From: Candidatus Methylomirabilis sp.
GTDB taxonomy: Bacteria > Muiribacteriota > Ozemobacteria > Ozemobacterales > Ozemobacteraceae
Length of the DNA: 64,000 nt
Direction of reading: 5' to 3'
Assembly: GCA_020722725.1 (NCBI GenBank)
Contig: DYKG01000003.1
Span: 45,129-109,128 of the forward strand
This document shows, in pieces, positions 1 through 7,875 of this stretch. The translations under genes were made by a program, and so were the position numbers. The notes below the pieces were generated by a model that worked only from the letters and a program-made list of their open reading frames with translations, made no database searches and was not told the DNA's origin. Position 1 is the first letter of the stretch. Each line of letters opens with the position of its first letter.

Positions 1-1
1 G

Positions 2-1786
2 ACCCATCTGAGTACCGCACCCACCTCAACGCTGCTGGCACGAATTGCTCAGACCAGCCAGGCCCCGATCAATCAACTGAAGAAAAAGGGATTGATTGTC
101 GAAGCAGAAGAACGGGTTATGCGTCAGGTGGCCGAAGACGAATATTATCATCGCCCGCCGGAGAGCATACCGGAACTCAGCAATGATCAAATAAATGTTT
201 TAAATGAGATTAAAGACTCTTATCAATCTGATCATCGACCAGTGCTGGTAAGAGGGGTGACCTGTTCAGGCAAAACCGAAGTATATCTTCGCTGGGTAGC
301 CGAAATTATCAATCAGAAAAAAACCGCTATCGTTCTGGTTCCTGAGATTTCTTTGACCCCGCAGATGATGAAAAGATTCAAAGACCGTTTCGGCACAAGA
401 GTTGCGATTCTTCACAGCCGCCTTTCGCCTGGAGAACGCTTCGATCAGTGGGAAAGCATTCGCAATGGAGACTGCCCCGTTGTTGTCGGCGCCAGATCTG
501 CTGTATTCGCACCGGTTCCCAGACTTGGCACAATTATTCTCGACGAGGAAGGCGAACCATCATTCAAGCAGGCAGATTCACCACGCTACCATGCCAGAGA
601 AGTGGCTAAGCGGCGCTGTGAGATAGAAAACGCCCTGTTGGTAATGGGTTCTGCCACTCCAACCATCGATTCTTTTTACCACTGCAAGACCGGCGAATTC
701 AGGTTAGTTGAAATGAATACCCGTATCAGCAACCGGCAACCGCCGAAAGTGAAAGTGGTCGATATGCGCTATGAGCTGGTTACCCGCAAGAACCGGTCGA
801 TTTTTTCCGGTGAGTTAAACTCGGCTATCAATTCGGCCCTGCAGAATCGTCAGCAGATCATTCTTTATCTGAACCGTCGTGGCTACAGCAGCTTCGTCTT
901 GTGCCGTGAATGCGGAGAAGCGATGGAGTGCTCAAAATGTCGGGTTTCACTGGTTTATCATGCGGGCAGTCAGATTCTGCGCTGCCATTATTGCGGAGAA
1001 ATGCAGGGTATTCCCAAAACCTGCCCCAGGTGCGGCAGTGCCACCATTAAATTTTTTGGAGCCGGCACTCAGCGAGTAGAAGCCGAGGCCCGCCGGTATT
1101 TTCCCGGAGCGCGGGTGGCGCGCCTGGATTCTGACACAGTTTCAACCAAAGGGAGCATGGAGCAGCTTCTCGACCGCTTCGGCAAGGGTGAGATCGATAT
1201 TCTTATCGGTACCCAGATGGTAGCAAAGGGGCTCGATTTTCCCAATGTTACGGTAGTAGGCATTCTTGCTGCCGATAGCCTTTTGCGAATTCCCGACTTT
1301 CGCTCTTCTGAGCGCAATTTTTCGCTGCTGGCACAGGTTTCAGGCCGTGCCGGCCGGGGTGAACACCCGGGCAACGTAATTCTGCAGACCTATTACCCAG
1401 ACCACCATTCAATACAGTATGCTCTGACTGAAGATTATCATGGGTTTTACCAGATAGAATCGGCGATGAGAAAAGAAGCGGTTTTTCCGCCTTTTACCGA
1501 ACTGGCTTCATTCATCGTTTCAGCAACCGATGTCGAAAAAGCGTTAGATACCGCACAGCGCCTTGCTCAGGCAATAAAAAGCCATCATTTGATAGACGAT
1601 ACCATGCTTTTTGGTCCGGCTCCTGCATCAATCGAACGTTTGAATGACCGCTACCGGTTTCAGCTGATGTTAAAAATGCCCGAACTCGACAAACTTACAG
1701 AGGTAGTCAGAACCGCACTGGCCGCGACAAAAAAACCGGGAGACACAAGAATCGGCGTAGATATCAACCCCTTTTTCATGCTCTAA
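2..1786 (+). CDS. priA: Primosomal protein N' (PriA helicase), 5'-truncated by the window edge
   Basis: Frame is open back to base 2. Motifs GVTxSGKTEVY, VPEISLTPQ, GARSA, PRYHAR, SATP, four CxxC zinc pairs, GTQMVAKGLDF, QVSGRAGR; lies upstream of def-fmt. Confidence 0.97.
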   Translation, partial: THLSTAPTSTLLARIAQTSQAPINQLKKKGLIVEAEERVMRQVAEDEYYHRPPESIPELSNDQINVLNEIKDSYQSDHRPVLVRGVTCSGKTEVYLRWVAEIINQKKTAIVLVPEISLTPQMMKRFKDRFGTRVAILHSRLSPGERFDQWESIRNGDCPVVVGARSAVFAPVPRLGTIILDEEGEPSFKQADSPRYHAREVAKRRCEIENALLVMGSATPTIDSFYHCKTGEFRLVEMNTRISNRQPPKVKVVDMRYELVTRKNRSIFSGELNSAINSALQNRQQIILYLNRRGYSSFVLCRECGEAMECSKCRVSLVYHAGSQILRCHYCGEMQGIPKTCPRCGSATIKFFGAGTQRVEAEARRYFPGARVARLDSDTVSTKGSMEQLLDRFGKGEIDILIGTQMVAKGLDFPNVTVVGILAADSLLRIPDFRSSERNFSLLAQVSGRAGRGEHPGNVILQTYYPDHHSIQYALTEDYHGFYQIESAMRKEAVFPPFTELASFIVSATDVEKALDTAQRLAQAIKSHHLIDDTMLFGPAPASIERLNDRYRFQLMLKMPELDKLTEVVRTALAATKKPGDTRIGVDINPFFML

Positions 1787-1796
1787 ATGCCCCTGG

Positions 1797-1825
1797 TTTA
1801 CAAAACTAACAGTATGTATTATCAT
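1797..1825 (+). promoter_or_regulatory. Putative sigma70 promoter for def-fmt
   Basis: TTTACA-17 bp-TATCAT, about 30 nt upstream of the GGAGG/ATG of def. Confidence 0.45.
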
Positions 1826-1854
1826 GAAACCATTGAATTTTGCTGGAGGGAACG

Positions 1855-2376
1855 ATGGTTTACCGAGTTTTGCATTATGGCGAAGAGCCATTAAGAAATG
1901 AATCTCAGCCGGTCGAAAAGATCGACAACGATATTCGCCGCCTGGTCGAAGATATGTTTGAAACCATGTATGCAAGCAATGGCGTTGGTCTGGCCGCCCC
2001 ACAAATCGGCAAGAACATTCGACTTGCAATCATCGACACGGGCGAAAATCCGCTGGTATTCATCAATCCAGAAATAGTTAAATCTTCCGGCAAAGAAATC
2101 TGCGATGAAGGCTGCCTTTCTTTTCCCGGTTTGAGTGAAAAGGTTCAACGCGCTACCCGCGTAGTGGCCCGGGCCACCAATCTTGAAGGCCAGAAATTTG
2201 AAATAGAAGCCGAAGGCCTGTTAGCCAGAGCCATTCAGCACGAGCTTGACCATCTTGATGGCGTTCTATTCATCGATCGTATTTCAAAAGCCCGTCGCCT
2301 GCAGATAAAGCATGACCTGGAACTGATTCAGGAAGGCCATTCACTACTTGAAGATGATGAGGAATCGGAATCATGA
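1855..2376 (+). CDS. def: Peptide deformylase
   Basis: GVGLAAPQIG, EGCLS and QHELDHLDG motifs; ATG 1855 follows a GGAGG RBS. Confidence 0.97.
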   Translation: MVYRVLHYGEEPLRNESQPVEKIDNDIRRLVEDMFETMYASNGVGLAAPQIGKNIRLAIIDTGENPLVFINPEIVKSSGKEICDEGCLSFPGLSEKVQRATRVVARATNLEGQKFEIEAEGLLARAIQHELDHLDGVLFIDRISKARRLQIKHDLELIQEGHSLLEDDEESES

Positions 2377-3332
2377 GTGAAAGAACCTACCGGGTTGTCT
2401 TCATGGGTTGCCCGGAGTTCGCCATTCCACCGCTGCAGGCTCTTTTAGTGGCACCAGATTTCAAGGTCGCCGCAGTTTACTGCATGCCTGACCGCCCCAA
2501 AGGCCGGGGAAAACTCTGTACTCCCACCCCGGTAAAAGAGTTTGCTCTCAAGCATGGGCTCGAGGTCAACAGCCCTGCTTCCTTTCGCAAATTTCCTGAA
2601 GAGATAGAAAAGCTGCAAAGCTACCAGCCCGATTTTCTGGTGGTAGTCGCATACGGGTTGATTTTACCCCAGGAAGTCCTTGATATTCCTGCGATTGCCC
2701 CAGTTAATGTCCATGCGTCGCTTCTTCCCGCCTACCGCGGCCCTTCACCGATCCATCACGCTCTGATCAACGGTGATCGGGTGACTGGCAACACCATCAT
2801 GCTGATGAACAGCAAAATGGATGAAGGGGACGTGCTTGCCGTCTCGAAAATTGAAATACACCCCGATGACAATCTTGAGAGCCTGCATGACAAACTGAGC
2901 CTCGATGGAGCCGGACTTTTAATACCCACGCTCAAAGGCTTTGCCGAAGGCCTAATCATACCCGTAACTCAAGACCATAGCAAAGCCTCTTACACTGGCA
3001 AAATAGGCCCGCAGACCGCCTGGCTTGATTTCAGCAGAAGCGCCGCTGCCTTATTGAACCTGATTCGCGCAATGAGCCCATTTCCGGGGGCCTGGTTCAA
3101 CGATGGTGAAGAACGAATCAAAGTTTTTAAGGCATCTGAGGGCCCACAAAATACCGGCAAACCGGGAACTGTGAAAATTGAGGATAATAAGATTCTGGTC
3201 GGCTGCGGCAATGATTCAAGCATTTATTTAAATGAACTGCAGCGGCCAGGCAAATCGCGTCTTGGTGCCGCAGAATTTCTCAGGGGCTACCAGTTTAAAA
3301 ACAACCCTATTGTCTATACAAAGACTTGTTGA
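2373..3332 (+). CDS. fmt: Methionyl-tRNA formyltransferase
   Basis: VFMGxPEFA, PDRPKGRG, VVAYGLILP, NVHASLLPAYRG, MDEGD; ATGA overlap with def. Confidence 0.97.
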   Translation: MSERTYRVVFMGCPEFAIPPLQALLVAPDFKVAAVYCMPDRPKGRGKLCTPTPVKEFALKHGLEVNSPASFRKFPEEIEKLQSYQPDFLVVVAYGLILPQEVLDIPAIAPVNVHASLLPAYRGPSPIHHALINGDRVTGNTIMLMNSKMDEGDVLAVSKIEIHPDDNLESLHDKLSLDGAGLLIPTLKGFAEGLIIPVTQDHSKASYTGKIGPQTAWLDFSRSAAALLNLIRAMSPFPGAWFNDGEERIKVFKASEGPQNTGKPGTVKIEDNKILVGCGNDSSIYLNELQRPGKSRLGAAEFLRGYQFKNNPIVYTKTC

Positions 3333-3341
3333 AAAAATCAA

Positions 3342-3428
3342 TTTTTTTAAACCGCTTCGACCGGCTAAGCTGGCTAGCGACCGAAAAATGCGGTAATTGA
3401 GCTTGTCGAAATGCCCGCGTTTGAAAAA
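3342..3428. repeat. Imperfect intergenic inverted repeat, REP-like (TTCGAC..GCT / AGCTTGTCGAA type)
   Basis: GCTTCGACCGGCTAAG...GCGACCG-AAAAATG-CGGTAATTGAGCTTGTCGAAAT, with outer TTTTTAAAC/GTTTGAAAAA arms. Confidence 0.5.
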
Positions 3429-3550
3429 TAGTCAATGAGCTTTTATATAAAGGGCTTCCCAGGTAATTTTTGGGTAATGCTTGTCATCTGCTCCCAATCT
3501 GTGGTAAATAGGTTGTGAATAAATGAATGATCATTTAGAGGAGATCGATT

Positions 3551-4234
3551 TTGACGAAGAAACAAGCTCCACCACAGGCAACAATCAGAAGATTATCGGT
3601 CTATTTACGCTATTTGAGTGGCCTGGAAAATGATGGAGCAAAGGTTATTTCGTCCCAGGATCTAGCCGGATATCTCGCTCTAAACCCCGCCCAGGTGCGC
3701 AAGGATCTCGCTTATTTCGGAGAATTCGGCAAACGGGGTGTAGGCTATTCGGTAAAAAAACTGCGAGACCACATAATCAAGATTCTGGGTTTGCAGCAGG
3801 TAAGAAAAGTTGCAATAATTGGTGCGGGAGGCCGACTCGGCAGAGCTTTGGCACTTTACACCGGTTTTGAGAAGCGCAATTTTAAAGTTTCTGCCTTGTT
3901 CGACAATGACCCCAGGGTTATTGGAACCGTTCTGTCCGCTGATGCCGGCGAAATTTGCCCGATAGAAAATCTGCCGAGAATAGTCAAAGACCGCAACATT
4001 GAAATACTGATTTTAACGGTTCCGGCACAGGCGATTAAAGAGATTTACGATCTGATAATGCTTTCAGGTGTGCAGGCGGTATTGAATTTTGCTCCATTCA
4101 AGCTGATTTCCAATGAGAATGTAGTGGTAAACAATGTCGATCTTACCACCGAACTCGAATCATTGAGTTATCATCTGCGGCTTAAAGAGGCTGGCGAACC
4201 ACTTCCGACCACCGATTCAACAGAAGAAGAATAA
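3551..4234 (+). CDS. rex: Redox-sensing transcriptional repressor Rex
   Basis: TIRRLSVYLR, ISSxxLA, QVRKDLAYFGEFGKRGVGY, Rossmann motif, LNFAP; TTG start after AGAGGAG. Confidence 0.96.
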   Translation: MTKKQAPPQATIRRLSVYLRYLSGLENDGAKVISSQDLAGYLALNPAQVRKDLAYFGEFGKRGVGYSVKKLRDHIIKILGLQQVRKVAIIGAGGRLGRALALYTGFEKRNFKVSALFDNDPRVIGTVLSADAGEICPIENLPRIVKDRNIEILILTVPAQAIKEIYDLIMLSGVQAVLNFAPFKLISNENVVVNNVDLTTELESLSYHLRLKEAGEPLPTTDSTEEE

Positions 4235-4248
4235 GCATCAAGCCGTTC

Positions 4249-4278
4249 TTGACACAAATTCTCTGACGGTGCTATTTT
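4249..4278 (+). promoter_or_regulatory. Putative sigma70 promoter (extended -10) for STAS-rel-UDG
   Basis: TTGACA-18 bp-TATTTT preceded by TGn. Confidence 0.55.
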
Positions 4279-4311
4279 TATTGACCAAGCATCTAAACCT
4301 CAGGAGTTTTC

Positions 4312-4677
4312 ATGAGTTTATCCATTCAGTCCCACCAGCATGAAAACGACACCAGTGTAATTGAAATTCACGGTGAAGTTACCTTTGAGAACTCTGATCA
4401 GTTCAAAGAAGAAATTGACCATTTGATTGAAAAAAATCAGGTTCGGCTGATTGTCAACCTGTCTGACCTTCAGTACATGAGTTCGGCCGGAATGGGTGTT
4501 CTGGTTCATGGTTTGAAAAGCAGTAGGGCAAAGGGTGGAGATCTGCGCCTGGTAAACCTTGGCCCCAAGATGCGAAGAGTTTTTCTGATTACTCAATTCA
4601 CGCATCAGTTCATGGTTTTCAACGATAATGATGAAGCAATAAAAAGCTTTAAAACAGACGAAAAGCAGGTGAGTTGA
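4312..4677 (+). CDS. STAS-domain anti-sigma factor antagonist (RsbV/SpoIIAA-like)
   Basis: IHGEV, LQYMSSAGMGVL phospho-acceptor loop, GGDLRL; 121 aa; AGGAG RBS. Confidence 0.9.
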   Translation: MSLSIQSHQHENDTSVIEIHGEVTFENSDQFKEEIDHLIEKNQVRLIVNLSDLQYMSSAGMGVLVHGLKSSRAKGGDLRLVNLGPKMRRVFLITQFTHQFMVFNDNDEAIKSFKTDEKQVS

Positions 4678-4678
4678 A

Positions 4679-6880
4679 ATTCCACTTCCAGAAATCATTG
4701 CCGCAGTAAAGAAATACAACCCTGAAGCGGACTTTGACCGCATTGAAAAAGCCTACAAATTTGCCGAAGAGTGCCATAAAGACCAGTTTCGTGCATCGGG
4801 AGAGCCATATTTCCTTCATCCCGAATCGGTAGCGATGATTGTTGCCGAAGAACTCAAGCTCGATTCAACTTCAATCTGCGCTGCGCTGCTTCATGACGTT
4901 ATTGAAGATACCAATGCAACTTTGGCGGACCTTCAGGAAATGTTTGGCGAAACGCTGGCGCAACTGGTCGAAGGCGTAACCAAGCTGAACAAGATGTTTT
5001 TCAGCTCAGCCACTGCGGCTCAGGCGGCCAACTTCAGAAAAATGCTGTTCGCCATGACCAACGATGTCAGAGTAATTCTGATCAAGCTTGCTGACCGCCT
5101 GCACAATATCAGAACCCTTCAGTTCCTGCCTCCGGTCAAGCAGAAATATGTAGCCCGCGAAACCCTGGAAATTTATGCCCCCCTCGCCCACCGCCTGGGT
5201 ATTAATAAGGTTAAGAGCGAACTTGAAGAGATTTCGTTCAGGTTTCTACAGCCGGAAAAAGCCCAGGAAATCAGCGATTTTCTGGCCAAAGCCGGTCTTG
5301 AGGGTGATCAGAAACTTAAAGCCGCCATGCAGCAGATTCAAAACCACCTGAAAGAGTTTCACATCAAAGCCGACGTTTCGGGGCGGCCAAAGCAGGCCTA
5401 TTCGATTTACAATAAATTGTTGAAATACAACACTGACCTTGCAGGACTCTATGATTTTCTTGGAATTCGCATCATTACTGCATCGGTCAAAGACTGCTAT
5501 GCCGCATTGGGCATGGTTCACAAATACTGGAGGCCGATTCCCGGGCGATTCAAGGATTACATTGCAGTTCCCAAGCCGAATATGTATCAATCGCTGCACA
5601 CTTCGGTAATCTTTGATGGAAGACCACTTGAGGTTCAAATCAGAACCGATGAAATGCATCGCATCGCCGAAGAAGGCATCGCTGCCCACTGGGATTACAA
5701 AGAAAGCTGCGGCAAAGACGCCACTCCTGACTATAAAGAAAAGCTTTCCTGGCTGCGCAACCTCATCGACTGGTATCAGGAAGTAAAAGACGCTTCTGAA
5801 TTCATGGAAACGGTGAAGGTTGAGCTGTTTCAGTATCATGTTTATGTTTTTACTCCCAAGGGTGAAGTAATTGAATTGCCCAACGGCAGCACACCCATCG
5901 ATTTTGCTTACGCAATTCATACTGATGTGGGTCATCGCTGCATGGGAGCCAAGGTCAACGGTCACATCGTTCCGCTTGAATACCGCCTGCAGAATGGTGA
6001 TATCGTTTCGATCATCACCAGTAAAAATCAGAAAGGCCCCAGCCGCGACTGGCTCAAGATTGTCGGTTCGGCCAGTGCCAGGCGCAAAATCAGAATCTGG
6101 CTTAAAAAAGAATTTCGCGAAGAATATATCGCCAGCGGCGAACGAGAGTTTCTTGAAACTTTCGCAAAGATGGGCGGCGACCGGGAAACAGAGAAAACTT
6201 TCAAAACAGCGGCTTTTACCGTGAAAGTTAAAGATCTTGGCTTTCCATCTCTTGAAGAGCTTTTTGCCGGCATCGGGGCTGGAGAAGTCAGGTCTCAGCA
6301 GGTTTTAGGAAAGCTTTTTCCTGACCTGGTTGTGAAATCGGTTCCCAAACCAAGCAAGCCGGCCCGTCGGGAAAAGCAGAAAAAGAGTAAAACCAAAGGT
6401 CCGCGCATCATCGTTGGTGGGCTTGAAGACACATTGATCAAGGTTTCACGCTGCTGCAATCCGATTCCCGGTGATGAAATCATGGGTTACATCACCCGTG
6501 GGCGGGGTGTAACCGTTCATAAAAAGGACTGCCCCAATACAAAAAATCTGCTGGCCGACTCGGAAAACCGCCTGATCGACGTGCACTGGGATATGGGAAT
6601 TGACGATGAGACAGAACCACACGGCGAATACCTGGCCAAAGTTCGCATCGAAACGACCGATCGCAAGGGCATGCTCAATTCAGTAACCAGCGTCATCGCC
6701 AATCAGGGGGTCAACATTCATTCGGCGACGGCCAAAACCACCAAACAGAAAACCGGCCTGCTCGATTTTTCTGTTGAAGTGCGCGACTCTAATTCTCTAG
6801 AAAGCTTGATAAGAGCCATTTCAAGGGTAATTGGCGTAACCAAAGTTTACCGTATCGACGGTCAGTCTGGTAAGAAATAA
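4679..6880 (+). CDS. rel: Bifunctional (p)ppGpp synthetase/hydrolase (long RSH); start probably the non-canonical ATT at 4679
   Basis: HD hydrolase (RASGEPYFLHP, LLHDVIEDT, KLADRLHN), synthetase (KPNMYQSLHT, EVQIRT), TGS, CC and ACT domains. Conserved residues extend upstream of the ORF-track ATG at 4835 to an in-frame stop at 4670. Confidence 0.95.
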   Translation: MPLPEIIAAVKKYNPEADFDRIEKAYKFAEECHKDQFRASGEPYFLHPESVAMIVAEELKLDSTSICAALLHDVIEDTNATLADLQEMFGETLAQLVEGVTKLNKMFFSSATAAQAANFRKMLFAMTNDVRVILIKLADRLHNIRTLQFLPPVKQKYVARETLEIYAPLAHRLGINKVKSELEEISFRFLQPEKAQEISDFLAKAGLEGDQKLKAAMQQIQNHLKEFHIKADVSGRPKQAYSIYNKLLKYNTDLAGLYDFLGIRIITASVKDCYAALGMVHKYWRPIPGRFKDYIAVPKPNMYQSLHTSVIFDGRPLEVQIRTDEMHRIAEEGIAAHWDYKESCGKDATPDYKEKLSWLRNLIDWYQEVKDASEFMETVKVELFQYHVYVFTPKGEVIELPNGSTPIDFAYAIHTDVGHRCMGAKVNGHIVPLEYRLQNGDIVSIITSKNQKGPSRDWLKIVGSASARRKIRIWLKKEFREEYIASGEREFLETFAKMGGDRETEKTFKTAAFTVKVKDLGFPSLEELFAGIGAGEVRSQQVLGKLFPDLVVKSVPKPSKPARREKQKKSKTKGPRIIVGGLEDTLIKVSRCCNPIPGDEIMGYITRGRGVTVHKKDCPNTKNLLADSENRLIDVHWDMGIDDETEPHGEYLAKVRIETTDRKGMLNSVTSVIANQGVNIHSATAKTTKQKTGLLDFSVEVRDSNSLESLIRAISRVIGVTKVYRIDGQSGKK

Positions 6881-6885
6881 CCCTG

Positions 6886-7812
6886 ATGTGTGCGGCGAGA
6901 AAGAAGACTGAAGCAGTAGAAATTGAAACAGTTGATTTAATCAGTCTTTTGACTATTCCCGGGCAGGATGGCATGTTTGAAGCTGAAATTGCGCTGCTTG
7001 AACCATGCGAAGAGATTGAAATGGAGCAGTCTGCCGTGCAGGCATCAGCTACAACTTCTTCAGCCTTTTCTTCTGGCAGACCAGACTCGTTGCATGCCAA
7101 AAAACCAGCTGAAAAAGCAAAACCGGTTGATCACAGCCTGGATACGCTAAGTGCTATAATGAAAAGGGCCCCCGCCCTGCCGGGCATAAACAGCAGATAT
7201 TCGTCTCCGCCAGGCGATGAAACGCCGATTTCTGATGATTCATTTGAGAAAATTGTTTCAGAAATTGCCCGATGTGAAAAATGTGAGCTGTGTAAAACCC
7301 GCAGATTCACCGTTCCTGGGGTCGGTAACCCCAACGCCCGGCTGGTATTCATTGGTGAAGCTCCTGGGGCAGACGAAGATGCCTGTGGCACACCCTTTGT
7401 TGGCCGCGCCGGGCAGCATCTCGACAAAATTTTGAAAGCTGCCGGGTTTGAACGCGAAAAGGTTTTTATATGTAACATTCTAAAGTGTCGGCCACCGGAG
7501 AACCGCAACCCGACCCTTGAAGAAATGCATCATTGCACACCCTTTCTCAGACGACAGCTAAACCTGATCAAGCCCTCACTGATTGCCTGTCTCGGCAACG
7601 TTGCCATCAGGTTCGTTATTGGTGCCGATACTCCAGGTGTCACAAAAATTCATGGTGAATGGTTCAATTCAATTTTCGGTCTGCCCGTCATGGCAATGTA
7701 CCACCCCTCATATCTGGTAAGAAGTGGATCAAGAGAGCGCGGCAGCCCCAACTGGCAGATGTGGCAAGACATTCAAAAGCTCAAAAAACGTTACGACGAA
7801 TCAGCGGGCTAA
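6886..7812 (+). CDS. Uracil-DNA glycosylase family 4 with a long N-terminal extension
   Basis: CxxCx[34 protein letters not shown]. Confidence 0.92.
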   Translation: MCAARKKTEAVEIETVDLISLLTIPGQDGMFEAEIALLEPCEEIEMEQSAVQASATTSSAFSSGRPDSLHAKKPAEKAKPVDHSLDTLSAIMKRAPALPGINSRYSSPPGDETPISDDSFEKIVSEIARCEKCELCKTRRFTVPGVGNPNARLVFIGEAPGADEDACGTPFVGRAGQHLDKILKAAGFEREKVFICNILKCRPPENRNPTLEEMHHCTPFLRRQLNLIKPSLIACLGNVAIRFVIGADTPGVTKIHGEWFNSIFGLPVMAMYHPSYLVRSGSRERGSPNWQMWQDIQKLKKRYDESAG

Positions 7813-7839
7813 TTTTATGAATTGAAGCAGGCTGCACTA

Positions 7840-7868
7840 TTGAACTTTCCCCGCAATCATGCTAAGAT
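7840..7868 (+). promoter_or_regulatory. Putative sigma70 promoter giving a leaderless mRNA
   Basis: TTGAAC-17 bp-TAAGAT with TGn; ATG at 7876 lies 7 nt downstream; no Shine-Dalgarno sequence. Confidence 0.55.
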
Positions 7869-7875
7869 CGCGGTT

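Noticed and set aside
3817..3843. Rex Rossmann motif variant GAGGRLG
   Set aside because: A small deviation from GxGxxG that cannot be interpreted without an alignment; the rest of the protein is canonical.
4670..4672. Stop-codon readthrough or recoded TGA upstream of rel
   Set aside because: TGA terminates many conserved genes here (def, fmt, nusA, infB, truB), and the upstream frame overlaps the STAS gene with no expected Rel sequence.
7822..7875. ORF-track N-terminal extensions (also 1840, 34840, 39404, 46430, 47549, 55709, 60158)
   Set aside because: They overlap promoter or terminator elements or precede clear RBS and signal-peptide starts, so downstream starts were chosen.
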